In this document: positions 40,471-50,117 of the stretch, piece by piece
Layout of the letters: each line of letters starts with the position of its first letter
Numbering within the stretch: position 1 is the stretch's first letter
DNA from: Opitutales bacterium
GTDB taxonomy: Bacteria > Verrucomicrobiota > Verrucomicrobiia > Opitutales > PNEW01
NCBI GenBank assembly: GCA_965197745.1
Contig: CBDANS010000006.1
Span: forward strand, 1 to 64,000
DNA: 64,000 bases
Reading direction: 5' to 3'
Position numbers and translations under genes: made by a program
The notes under the pieces: generated by a model
Told to the model about the DNA's origin: nothing
The model's input: only the letters and a program-made list of their open reading frames with translations
Databases searched by the model: none

Positions 40471-42390
40471 TTACGGCGATTTCAATTTGTTCCTTAATCT
40501 TATCGCAAGCTTATGACTGTAGTCAAGCTCAATCGCCCGCTCTAAGGCTTCTACGGCCTCTTTTCGTGCTGACTTTTTAAAGCCGAGTACCGCGCCGTAA
40601 TAATACCAGGCATCAGCTTTATTAGGCGCGAGGGCAATGGCCTTTTCAAAAGAGGGGCGAATTTCATTTAACGGTCTGCCCTGCAAGTTCAAAGACAATC
40701 CATAGTAGGCATGGGATGACCAAATCTGATCGGTAATTGCCAATGCTTTCTCTATTTTCTGTTCAGCGTCCTGGCCGATGTTCTTATAATTTTCAGGAGC
40801 TATATAATAAGTCTGCAATGTGGCCAGTCCGAGATCGCTCCAGGCATAGGCATTGTGGGGATCCCACTTTGTGCTCTCTTCAAAAGCGCGTATGGTTTCA
40901 TCGAGGTAGGCATTGTCCAATTTCATGCTGTCGAAATTATCAAAAAATTTATTCAATCGCTCACGAGCGACAAAATAACGTTCCGCGCTTTTAAATGACT
41001 TCATTCCCTCCCACCCCAGGCAGAAGCCAAGCATGAGGGTGAAGACAAACCACAAACCTGGTCCCCATCGTTTCCCCGGCAGGTTCCAACTGGAGGTGGA
41101 GGAGAACTTAACGATCAGACCATAAAAGGATGCGACAACGAGGAGAAGCGCGAGTATTTTGAGATGGAAGTCGACGAAAAGATGAATGGAAAAGCCCATA
41201 ACTCCCGGCAGTAATCCAGCGATGAGCAATTGGGACGTGTTAGTCACCCGTTCCTTTGATTCCCCAGTATGAGCCAGTTTGGGTTGATTTCTCCAGACTG
41301 TCCATGCGCGCCAGAGAAGGTAGAGAGCGGGGCAAAAAAGCAGCGTAAAACCGAGGATACCGTAATCACTTAAGGTATTCAGATAATCATTATGGGTATG
41401 CCGGGCGCGGAGCTGGAGGGACTCCGGGCGGTAACTTTCGAAATAGTGATCAAAACTGGCAGCACCGCTCCCGGTGAGGGGATACTCTTTAAAAATCTCC
41501 CAGGAAGCCTGCCAAAGGATTTTTCGTGACGATTCACCCATCTGGTCAACCATGGTATCCACACGTTCACGATAAGTATCGACGAAAAAATAGACCGCGA
41601 GAAAAAGGACGACCCCGCTGATAATGATAGCCAGGAAAAACTTTATTCGGTCGATGGCTCGCCTCGTAAAAAAATACGGCATCACCAGGAGAGCACCAAT
41701 AAATCCAATGGACCCCCCTCGACTGCCAGTGATAACAATTCCACCACAAAACATTAGTACCAAATAGATGCATAGAATGCGAAAATTGAGGGACTTTTTT
41801 GGCGCAACCCCGACAGCCAGTAGTAGAGGAATAATTAATAGCAACAAGGCAGCCAGGCTATTAGGAATACCAAAAGTACCGGAAGCGCGGCCTTCATAAT
41901 TGACGACTTGCTTGCGGCCCATCGGCAACCAGTCTGAATGACTGAAATACTGGTAGTAAGCAACAAATACAGAAATAAATGCCAGGGCTACCAGAGAGAT
42001 AAGAAAAAACCATAAGTATTCTTTACGCCGCACATTATGTAGAACAACCCAGTAGACGACCATGCCCTGACACCCGAGAAGCAATTCGCGCTTGGCCAGC
42101 CATGAAACAGGTGTGAGAAAGCTGTAACTGATGTATAAATATATAAGAAAGGGCAGAAAAATCAGGCCCAGGGGATTAAAGCTCAGCCCCTCAGTACGTC
42201 TTGATAATCCCCAGAGGCCATGCAGGGCAAGTAAACCCCCCGTCATCCAGCAACTTACTATTTGAACAGCGGGATGATAGCCTCCCAAATGCCAGATATT
42301 GTACCCGAGGATAATGACGGTAATGAGGGTGATCAGCCTATCAAGGATGCCGCTCGCATGGGAGCGGTTTAAATGTACGAAATTATACAA
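40471..42390 (-). CDS. O-antigen ligase / O-oligosaccharyltransferase family (Wzy_C) protein with C-terminal TPRs
   Basis: RASGTFGIPN, TGSRGG, R..LW, PLTGSG, HTHNDYL...DYGILG; C-terminal TPR-like AWSDLG, AWYYYG...ALERAIEL. Confidence 0.85.
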   Translation of the reverse strand: MYNFVHLNRSHASGILDRLITLITVIILGYNIWHLGGYHPAVQIVSCWMTGGLLALHGLWGLSRRTEGLSFNPLGLIFLPFLIYLYISYSFLTPVSWLAKRELLLGCQGMVVYWVVLHNVRRKEYLWFFLISLVALAFISVFVAYYQYFSHSDWLPMGRKQVVNYEGRASGTFGIPNSLAALLLLIIPLLLAVGVAPKKSLNFRILCIYLVLMFCGGIVITGSRGGSIGFIGALLVMPYFFTRRAIDRIKFFLAIIISGVVLFLAVYFFVDTYRERVDTMVDQMGESSRKILWQASWEIFKEYPLTGSGAASFDHYFESYRPESLQLRARHTHNDYLNTLSDYGILGFTLLFCPALYLLWRAWTVWRNQPKLAHTGESKERVTNTSQLLIAGLLPGVMGFSIHLFVDFHLKILALLLVVASFYGLIVKFSSTSSWNLPGKRWGPGLWFVFTLMLGFCLGWEGMKSFKSAERYFVARERLNKFFDNFDSMKLDNAYLDETIRAFEESTKWDPHNAYAWSDLGLATLQTYYIAPENYKNIGQDAEQKIEKALAITDQIWSSHAYYGLSLNLQGRPLNEIRPSFEKAIALAPNKADAWYYYGAVLGFKKSARKEAVEALERAIELDYSHKLAIRLRNKLKSP

Positions 42391-42411
42391 ACGAGAATAT
42401 TGCAGGATTTC

Positions 42412-42428
42412 TTGGCATTTAAATTGCT
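42412..42428 (+). promoter_or_regulatory. Sigma54 (-24/-12) promoter of glnA
   Basis: TTGGCATTTAAATTGCT gives GG-N10-GC with near-consensus flanks, about 180 bp upstream of glnA. Confidence 0.75.
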
Positions 42429-42604
42429 CCTGTAATTTTACATCAAATTGTCCCTATTTATGTTTGACTGATTTCACAAATACCTTGCAAGTATCAAAAC
42501 CTCATCCCGAAGAGGAGGATGAGAATTTATTTTTATTTACAACGAATACCAACTATTGAATCTTCAAAAATAACTTGAGAACCAAAACTAAGAGGAGGAC
42601 ATAA

Positions 42605-44026
42605 ATGTCTAAGACTGTAAATGACGTAGAAAAACTGGCGAAAGAAGCTGGGATACAAATTGTAGACCTGAGATTTTGCGATCTGCCTGGAGTGTGGCAG
42701 CATTTCTCGATCCCTGTAGAAAGTCTCGATGAGGACCTATTCACTGAAGGTATTGGATTTGACGGCTCCAGTATTCGAGGATTTCAGCAGATTCAGGAAA
42801 GTGATATGGTACTCGTTGCCGATGCTGATTCAGCTTATGTAGACCCGGTTTTGCAGATCCCCACCCTGAATTTGATCTGTGATATTTTAGATCCGGTCAC
42901 GAGACAACCATACACCCGAGATCCACGTTACATTGCGAAAAAGGCTGAAAAATACCTGCAAAGTGAAGGAATCGCAGATGTCAGCTACTGGGGCCCAGAG
43001 CTTGAGTTTTATATTTTCGACGATGTCCGATTCGATCAGAACTCCCATTGTGGGTACTATTATGTCGACTCCAAGGAAGGCATCTGGAATTCCGGTCGAG
43101 AAGAATATCCAAACCTGGGATACAAACCGCGTCACAAGGAAGGTTACTTTCCTGTCCCGCCAACCGACTCATTACAGGATCTTCGCTCCGAAATGATCCT
43201 GAGGATGAAGGATGTAGGAGTCCCGGTTGAAGTACACCATCATGAAGTGGGCACTGCCGGACAAGGTGAGATCGATATGCGGTATGCTCCACTCAGAAAC
43301 ATGTGTGATAATGTTATGTATTATAAGTATATCATACGTAACATTGCGAAAAAATATGATAAGTCTGCGACTTTCATGCCCAAACCGATCTTTGAAGATA
43401 ATGGCACAGGAATGCATGTTCATTCAAGTTTGTGGAAAGGGGATACCAACCTGTTCTATGATGAAAAAGGATATGCGCAGGTGAGTGAAACCGCTAAGCA
43501 CTACATCGGCGGCCTTTTGAAGCACGCCCCCGCACTCCTGGCATTCACCAATCCTACCACGAATAGCTACAAACGACTGGTTCCCGGCTATGAAGCCCCG
43601 GTAAACCTGGTCTACTCCCAGCGGAACCGCTCCGCTGCCGTGCGTATACCACTCTATTCAAAAAGCGCGGCATCAAAACGAGTAGAATTCAGATGTCCTG
43701 ATCCATCCTGCAATATTTATCTCTGCTTATCTGCTATATTGATGGCTGGGTTGGATGGTATTCAAAACAAAATCGATCCTGGTGATCCTCATGATAAGGA
43801 CTTATATGATTTAGAGGCGGAGGAAGCCGAGAAAATAGCAAGCACGCCCGGTTCCCTCGGAGAGGTCCTGGATAACCTGGAGGCCGATCATGACTGGCTG
43901 CTTAAAGGTGATGTATTCACCTCTGATGTAATCGACACATGGATTTCATACAAACGTGAGCGTGAACTGGAACAGTTGAATTTAAGGCCTCACCCTTACG
44001 AGTTTCACATGTATTACGATTTATAA
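42605..44026 (+). CDS. glnA: Glutamine synthetase type I (GSI-beta-like)
   Basis: FDGSS, HHHEV, FMPKP, NGTGMHVH, NSYKRLVPGYEAP, RNRSA, DLYDL adenylylation-site motif; strong SD GAGGAGG. Confidence 0.97.
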   Translation: MSKTVNDVEKLAKEAGIQIVDLRFCDLPGVWQHFSIPVESLDEDLFTEGIGFDGSSIRGFQQIQESDMVLVADADSAYVDPVLQIPTLNLICDILDPVTRQPYTRDPRYIAKKAEKYLQSEGIADVSYWGPELEFYIFDDVRFDQNSHCGYYYVDSKEGIWNSGREEYPNLGYKPRHKEGYFPVPPTDSLQDLRSEMILRMKDVGVPVEVHHHEVGTAGQGEIDMRYAPLRNMCDNVMYYKYIIRNIAKKYDKSATFMPKPIFEDNGTGMHVHSSLWKGDTNLFYDEKGYAQVSETAKHYIGGLLKHAPALLAFTNPTTNSYKRLVPGYEAPVNLVYSQRNRSAAVRIPLYSKSAASKRVEFRCPDPSCNIYLCLSAILMAGLDGIQNKIDPGDPHDKDLYDLEAEEAEKIASTPGSLGEVLDNLEADHDWLLKGDVFTSDVIDTWISYKRERELEQLNLRPHPYEFHMYYDL

Positions 44027-44050
44027 AATAAAACTGACCGATCACCTTCG

Positions 44051-44093
44051 AGGCCGGAATGGAATAATCAATTCCATTCCGGCCTGTTTTTTT
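44051..44093 (+). terminator. Intrinsic terminator after glnA
   Basis: Perfect 15-bp stem AGGCCGGAATGGAAT/ATTCCATTCCGGCCT followed by GTTTTTTT. Confidence 0.9.
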
Positions 44094-44141
44094 CCCCTGA
44101 AGAATACAGATCTGAATCGATCAGTAGATAAGAATCAGTGC

Positions 44142-45335
44142 TTATAAGCCGTTTTCTATTATAAGCTGAAGCAATCCCTGGCTGAATCCATTACAGGCAG
44201 GCCAATTTTGCCCATCGGTAATTTCGGTTCCTGCCAGATAAGCGTTTAAATCGCGGGGCATATCACCACAATACCAATGGAACCAATAGGGGAATAATGG
44301 CCTGGATGTGTGAACTGCAGCCAAGGGTAGTAATACATCGCATAGCAGCGTGTTCAGTCTCGTTGAGGAGAAACATCCGGCTAAAATATGATTTTGAAGA
44401 TGAAGCTTTAGGGATTTTAAATCATGTTCCCTTCGGAAATGTCTGATATCGTCCTCATCTCCAGATAATTGTGGTAAATCGCTGAACCCGTGCTTTATTA
44501 ATTCCGCCCAATGGGGAGCTTTCTCAAGAAGGGACAGATATTGCCGGATACGAGCAAGCGGGTGATTAGCCGGTCGCAATCCGGCGAGCTTCCACCTGTT
44601 TATTTCGAAATTAAAATAGTATTCGGCCTGTTCATTCATATCTCGCATTTCTTCCAGAGGAAAACGAATAGCCAGATCAAACATCGCAGTTCGGTTACGG
44701 CGATAACCCAATACCTCCAGGAATAACTGATGACATGTTTCCTGCCACCCGTTACTCATCAATCGATTTTCAACCTGTTTTTGCTTACGCTCCCACCGCA
44801 GACAGGCTTTCTCCTTCAACAGGCACCGCTGTTTACTTTTAGACTTTCCTATCAAGGGAAGAAAATCGTCGCTTCTGTCACGATTGTCTTCCCTTAACAA
44901 AGCATCCTCCAAAGCGTATTCTTCTATATCTTGAGAGAGCACGGGCAAAAGAACAAATGTCGGAATAATGTCACCTGATGGGTTCCTCAGAACGTGATTT
45001 TCAACAGCAGGTTCAAAGAGTACGACATGGAGAATGACATTTTCAAATTGAGGATTTATATCGTGATGGTGATAATTCCAGTCCTGTGTGTAAAAGTGAA
45101 CTTCTACATCCCCAAAGCTTCTGCGCCCGTCAATGTCGAGCTCCGCATGCTTAAAGTCGGGTCCCTCCTGCTGGTTCCACGTTCCTGGAGATAATATCTT
45201 GAGGCGAGATCCACTGGTAGTTCTCAGATTATTATGGCTGAAATCACCCCTTAACCAAATTTTTTGCAATAGCTCTTCAGAAATAGAAACAGGGCCGTAT
45301 AGTCCCTGAATTTCTTCTATTTCTATAACATTCAT
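44142..45335 (-). CDS. DUF2851 family protein
   Basis: SEELLQKIW, PGTWNQQEGPDF..A, GDVEVH...W..H.H...P.F.NVILHVV, LRPANHP motifs. Confidence 0.8.
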   Translation of the reverse strand: MNVIEIEEIQGLYGPVSISEELLQKIWLRGDFSHNNLRTTSGSRLKILSPGTWNQQEGPDFKHAELDIDGRRSFGDVEVHFYTQDWNYHHHDINPQFENVILHVVLFEPAVENHVLRNPSGDIIPTFVLLPVLSQDIEEYALEDALLREDNRDRSDDFLPLIGKSKSKQRCLLKEKACLRWERKQKQVENRLMSNGWQETCHQLFLEVLGYRRNRTAMFDLAIRFPLEEMRDMNEQAEYYFNFEINRWKLAGLRPANHPLARIRQYLSLLEKAPHWAELIKHGFSDLPQLSGDEDDIRHFRREHDLKSLKLHLQNHILAGCFSSTRLNTLLCDVLLPLAAVHTSRPLFPYWFHWYCGDMPRDLNAYLAGTEITDGQNWPACNGFSQGLLQLIIENGL

Positions 45336-45342
45336 ATTTAAG

Positions 45343-45840
45343 TCAATGGGAGCGTTTCCAAAGTTTATCAGATTTTTCTCTTATCCGCTTTAAGCTCTCG
45401 GTTTGCCCGCGTTGGCAGGCGTGGATCCAATCTTCCAGAGCGTCAGGACTGAGGGTGCAAGCGCCGAACGCGCTGACCGTTTCACGAATCATATTATCAC
45501 GGCTTACGACAATAATACTCTCAGGGGTTTTTGCTTTAGCTACAAACTGTTCGATTATCTTATCCGCAGATACCCCGCTGGGTGTAAAAAGAAAAGAAAA
45601 GGTGTTTTCGCTCGTAGGGCGCTCCATCTTAATCTCTTCGCCGCGACCGTCAAAAATAATAGTCGTACGGATACCCTCTAAATCGTGAATAATACGAACT
45701 GTCTCTCCTAAATGAGCCCTGGCAGCATCCAAATTAACGCCCAACATCTTTTTTAATACTGGCCAGGTATGAAGAAGATTGTAGCCGTCAATAAGGAGGT
45801 GTTCGCATTCCAGCACAATCACAACATTCGATGCACACAA
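45343..45840 (-). CDS. NYN-domain protein (YacP/Rae1-like RNase)
   Basis: LLIDGYN, IIFDG, SADKIIE, VVSRD PIN/NYN acidic motifs. Confidence 0.85.
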   Translation of the reverse strand: MCASNVVIVLECEHLLIDGYNLLHTWPVLKKMLGVNLDAARAHLGETVRIIHDLEGIRTTIIFDGRGEEIKMERPTSENTFSFLFTPSGVSADKIIEQFVAKAKTPESIIVVSRDNMIRETVSAFGACTLSPDALEDWIHACQRGQTESLKRIREKSDKLWKRSH

Positions 45841-46148
45841 GATTGCCGCTGCAAGCAGAAATTAATTTCTGACGCTGTTAGATAACAATATTCCAGAATA
45901 TTGAAATAACCGGGCTGATATTAAAGTTAGATAGGGTTCACAACTCGATCTATGAACCCGTAAACCCCTCTGGAATCCAGACTCAGCTATGGGGGAACTC
46001 GCCTGTTAAATGAGCAACTGGGTCCTCTAATTATCAATTAAATAAGGGGAAATTGAATACTTGACGGACAATGCGTAGTGGCGTAATTAACATGAATAAT
46101 AATTTGTATTTAACAGCTTTCTTACTATAGATTCAGGAATAGACTTTT

Positions 46149-46328
46149 ATGGGTGCACCGAAGCGTAGACATTCTAAGCAAAGAAGCCGAAAAAGACGCG
46201 GCGCAAACCGTTTCAAATCGCCATCCCTGGCGAAGGATTCGGTAGATGGCACTATGCACAGACCGCACCGGGTGAATCCGGCCAACGGGATGTATCGAGG
46301 CCGTCAAGTTGTCGACGTGACGGTCTGA
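46149..46328 (+). CDS. rpmF: 50S ribosomal protein L32 (missed by the ORF track, 59 aa)
   Basis: Manual translation [59 protein letters not shown]; canonical rpmF-plsX-fabH order. Confidence 0.93.
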   Translation: MGAPKRRHSKQRSRKRRGANRFKSPSLAKDSVDGTMHRPHRVNPANGMYRGRQVVDVTV

Positions 46329-46386
46329 GTTTCTGCTTAAATTTAGGAATTAAAAAACCGGGAGGCATATACTAGCCTCAACTATT

Positions 46387-47460
46387 ATGGGAACCGATAA
46401 AGCTTTCGGCACTATAGCCGTTGACGCCATGGGTGGTGATCTCGGCCCCGCAGAGGTTGTCCGCGCGGTTAAAATGGCCTTGGATAAATTGGAAAACCTT
46501 GCCAGTATCGTAATTGTCGGCGATGAAAGGCGTTTAGAGCGGTTGGTCAAGGGTGCAGGGTTAAGTGATGACCCTCGACTGAGTATTTTCCCTGCGTCAG
46601 AAGTAATTGGCATGGAGGAAAAACCTATTCAGAGTCTGAGACAAAAAAAAGACTCCTCCCTTGTCCGAGCCGTTGAGATGGTAAAAGATGGAAAATGCCA
46701 GGCCGCAGTAAGCTGTGGTAATACGGGAAGTCTTACGGCTTGTGGCACTATAAAGTTACGCCCTATGGCAGGCGTGGAACGCCCGGCCCTTGCGACGATT
46801 ATCCCGAGCAAAGACCATCGCTTTATCCTTATTGATGCAGGGGCAAATCCTACAGCTAAAGCTGAACACCTCGTCCACAATGCTATCCTCGGAAATCATT
46901 ATTGTAAAGTTGTCCTCAACAAGGAACAGCCCCGTATCGGATTACTCAGCATCGGAACGGAAGAAACCAAAGGAAACGAATTGACTCATGATACCCATCA
47001 GCTACTTAAACAGCTAAATGGCCCTATTTTAAACTACTGTGGGTTAATTGAGGGACTGCAAGTTTTCGATGACAGCGTTGATGTCGTTGTATGTGACGGA
47101 TTTATTGGAAATATATTGCTGAAAACATGTGAGGGCCTCTTTGATATGATCCAGAATTTTCTCAAGGAAGAGATCAATAAAGATCCTATTCGTTTAGCGG
47201 GAGCTATTCTGGCCCAGGGCGCCTTCAAAAATGTTAAAAAACGACTGGATCCTGAAAGATACGCAGGCGCTCCTTTACTGGGGTTGCGTGGACATGTGCT
47301 TAAAACTCATGGAGGAAGTAATCGTAATTACATTATGAGCGCCATTCGTATAGCTTCCCAGATTGTGAATCACGAACTGAATTCACAAGCGTTAGCAGAC
47401 ATTGAATGGGCAAATCAGATAATCAGGCCTAGCGAGGTCAAGGCCCTCACACCGGGCTGA
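46387..47460 (+). CDS. plsX: Phosphate acyltransferase
   Basis: IAVDAMGGD, SCGNTG, DAGAN, VVCDGFIGN, GAPLLG. Confidence 0.95.
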   Translation: MGTDKAFGTIAVDAMGGDLGPAEVVRAVKMALDKLENLASIVIVGDERRLERLVKGAGLSDDPRLSIFPASEVIGMEEKPIQSLRQKKDSSLVRAVEMVKDGKCQAAVSCGNTGSLTACGTIKLRPMAGVERPALATIIPSKDHRFILIDAGANPTAKAEHLVHNAILGNHYCKVVLNKEQPRIGLLSIGTEETKGNELTHDTHQLLKQLNGPILNYCGLIEGLQVFDDSVDVVVCDGFIGNILLKTCEGLFDMIQNFLKEEINKDPIRLAGAILAQGAFKNVKKRLDPERYAGAPLLGLRGHVLKTHGGSNRNYIMSAIRIASQIVNHELNSQALADIEWANQIIRPSEVKALTPG

Positions 47461-47562
47461 GGAACTTCACAAAGATGACGGATGTCTAACTGGGATGCAC
47501 CTTGACACACTATCACTTTAACTTCTTTTTGATAGATTCTTTATGTCTAAATTTGCCGCCTA

Positions 47563-48564
47563 ATGAATGGGTCTAACACAGCAATCATCATCAGAGGTAT
47601 AGGCTCATATGCTCCTGCTCGGATATTATCCAATGAGGAGATATCCAAGTTTGTTGACACTTCAGATGAGTGGATCCGAACACGATCGGGTATAAGTGAA
47701 AGGCGGATCGCAGCCGACGATGAAAAATGCTCCGATATGGCCGTTAAGGCATCGGATGAAGCCATCAAGATGGCGGATTTAAAACCAGAAGAAATTGACA
47801 TACTTATTGTAGCAACGATGACCCCAGACATGATAACTCCCTCTACTGCTTGTCTGGTCCAAAATAAACTGGGATTGCGAAATATTCCCAGTTTCGATGT
47901 GGGCGCCGCTTGCACTGGATTTCTATATGGTCTGGGGATAGGGAGCGATATGCTCAAGGCAAATTCCTACCATAATGCGCTGATTATTGGAGCGGAAAAG
48001 ACTTCAAGTATCCTCGACTGGGAAGACCGGTCCACCTGTGTTTTATTTGGCGATGGAGCAGGAGCAGCAGTGCTGAGCCGTTCTGAAGGAACGCCGGGTA
48101 TAGGCATTCTCGAAACGGTTATGGAGGCCGATGGATCGGATTCCAATATATTAAATATGCCAGGAGGCGGCAGTAATTGCCCGGCAACAGAACAGTCCGT
48201 AAAAGAACGAAAACATTATTTAAAAATGGCGGGACGCGAAGTTTTTAAAGCCGCAGTAAGCGTTATGGAAAAAAGCGCCCGTGATATACTTAAAAAATAT
48301 AATCTCACTGCAGAAGACATAAGCTGCGTTATTCCGCATCAGGCCAATATAAGAATTATCGATTTACTTTCCTCTCGCCTGGGGATTAGAAGAGAAAAAT
48401 TTTACATTAATCTCGATCGTTACGGAAATACTTCCGCAGCGTCAGTCCCCCTTGCCTTGGATGAAGCTATTAGATCGGGTCGCATCAAAAAAGGTGACTA
48501 TGTTTTATTAATGGCTTTTGGTGCCGGTTTGACTTGGGCTGCATCATTAATAAAATGGCATTGA
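47563..48564 (+). CDS. fabH: Beta-ketoacyl-ACP synthase III
   Basis: AACTGF, LFGDGAGA, PHQAN, YGNTSAAS, FGAGLTW. Confidence 0.96.
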   Translation: MNGSNTAIIIRGIGSYAPARILSNEEISKFVDTSDEWIRTRSGISERRIAADDEKCSDMAVKASDEAIKMADLKPEEIDILIVATMTPDMITPSTACLVQNKLGLRNIPSFDVGAACTGFLYGLGIGSDMLKANSYHNALIIGAEKTSSILDWEDRSTCVLFGDGAGAAVLSRSEGTPGIGILETVMEADGSDSNILNMPGGGSNCPATEQSVKERKHYLKMAGREVFKAAVSVMEKSARDILKKYNLTAEDISCVIPHQANIRIIDLLSSRLGIRREKFYINLDRYGNTSAASVPLALDEAIRSGRIKKGDYVLLMAFGAGLTWAASLIKWH

Positions 48565-48569
48565 GAACC

Positions 48570-50117
48570 ATGCGACGATTAATTTCTGGTGCTGCCCTCT
48601 TCATTCTAATTTCAGGTCATTCATTTCAATTGACCTATGGTTTCCTACGGGGAAAGGAAGGGGGGAAATCCAAAAATGCTCCCCTGGAAGTTCAAAATGA
48701 AGAGGCGATGGAGATTATGGAGATGGCCAGCCTCGCTCAGCAGAAAAAAAAATATAAAGAAGCCCTCGACCTGTATAAACAAATCTACAAAAAATATCCT
48801 GCCAGCTATTACTCTCCCGAAGCATATTTTCAATCAGGAGAAATCTATTTAGCTCAAAACAATCTGAAAAAGGCTTTCCAATCCTATAATTTCTCTATCG
48901 TCCGACACCCTGATTTTCCCAGATTTAATGAAGTTCTCGAAAAACAGTTTTTCATCGGCGATAAAACAATGCAGTCCAAAAGCGGACAGTATTTTCATAT
49001 CGTTAAGTTCCACAATTATGACGCCGCTATAACATATTTTGAGACCATTATCGGAAACGCACCCTATAGTGAGTATGCGCCAAGATCACTAATGAAAATA
49101 GCTATCATGCATCGCAAGCAAAAGCAGGAAGCTGAAGCTATAGATGCACTCGATCGTCTTATTAGTTTTTATTCGTTTAGTGATGTTGTTCCTGATGCTT
49201 ATCTTGAATTGGCTGATACTTTCAGTTCAATGGTCGCCGGTCCAGATTACGATCAGGGTGCGACTCGTGAAGCCATCAGTTACTATCGCGACTTTTTAAT
49301 ATTATTTCCTGACAGTGATTTAGTAGCTGAAGGTGAAGAAAAAATGGCAGAAATGCATGATATCCATGCCAGGAGCAAATTTGTTATAGGGGAATATTAT
49401 TTCAAACGCCACGCAAATTACCACGCCGCTGAGGTCTTCTTTAACGATGCCATTACGGTATCGCCAAATTCACCCACCGCTCAGAAAGCGCGTACATACC
49501 TCACAAAAATTGAAACCTTAAAAAATGAATTGGGGATAGAAGAAGACGATGAAATATTCGCATCTATGGAGGAGAAAAAACCAGTTCGTTTAAAGTTCTT
49601 GAATAAAAACAAAGACATTGAAGATAAACAAAGTTCTCAAGAAGATAAGGATACAACCGGCTTTAAACTATTTAGCAAAAAAGGCGATGCGGATGATAAG
49701 CCGGTCGTTAAAGATGTGGACACAACGGATAGCTTTCAGACTATGATAAAAGACGAGGAAAAGGAAGACACTCCGGTAGCTGAAGAAAAGAAAAATTTCA
49801 TGCATTTAGGATTATTCAAAAAAAAAGAAACCCCTGAAGTGATGCCGGTCGCTAACGAAGAGACAAATACAGAAAACTTAGAACCATCAATTGAAAACCA
49901 AAAGGGAGAAGAGCCTATTGCGACGACCGAGGAGAAGAAACAGGCACGGTTAAGAATATTTAATAAAAAAAATAATTCTGAGGATAACCTGGTCATTAAA
50001 GAGGAGAAAAATCCGATTCGCCTGAGACTATTTAATAAGAACCGAAACATGGAAGATGATATAAATCAGATGGAGGATACTCACATTAATTCATTAAAAG
50101 ACGAAGAGGCTAATTAA
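48570..50117 (+). CDS. bamD: BamD-like TPR outer-membrane assembly protein with long charged C-terminal extension
   Basis: TPR repeats, YDQGATREAI..Y..FL..FP BamD motif, next to lptE; start assigned to ATG 48570. Confidence 0.75.
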   Translation: MRRLISGAALFILISGHSFQLTYGFLRGKEGGKSKNAPLEVQNEEAMEIMEMASLAQQKKKYKEALDLYKQIYKKYPASYYSPEAYFQSGEIYLAQNNLKKAFQSYNFSIVRHPDFPRFNEVLEKQFFIGDKTMQSKSGQYFHIVKFHNYDAAITYFETIIGNAPYSEYAPRSLMKIAIMHRKQKQEAEAIDALDRLISFYSFSDVVPDAYLELADTFSSMVAGPDYDQGATREAISYYRDFLILFPDSDLVAEGEEKMAEMHDIHARSKFVIGEYYFKRHANYHAAEVFFNDAITVSPNSPTAQKARTYLTKIETLKNELGIEEDDEIFASMEEKKPVRLKFLNKNKDIEDKQSSQEDKDTTGFKLFSKKGDADDKPVVKDVDTTDSFQTMIKDEEKEDTPVAEEKKNFMHLGLFKKKETPEVMPVANEETNTENLEPSIENQKGEEPIATTEEKKQARLRIFNKKNNSEDNLVIKEEKNPIRLRLFNKNRNMEDDINQMEDTHINSLKDEEAN

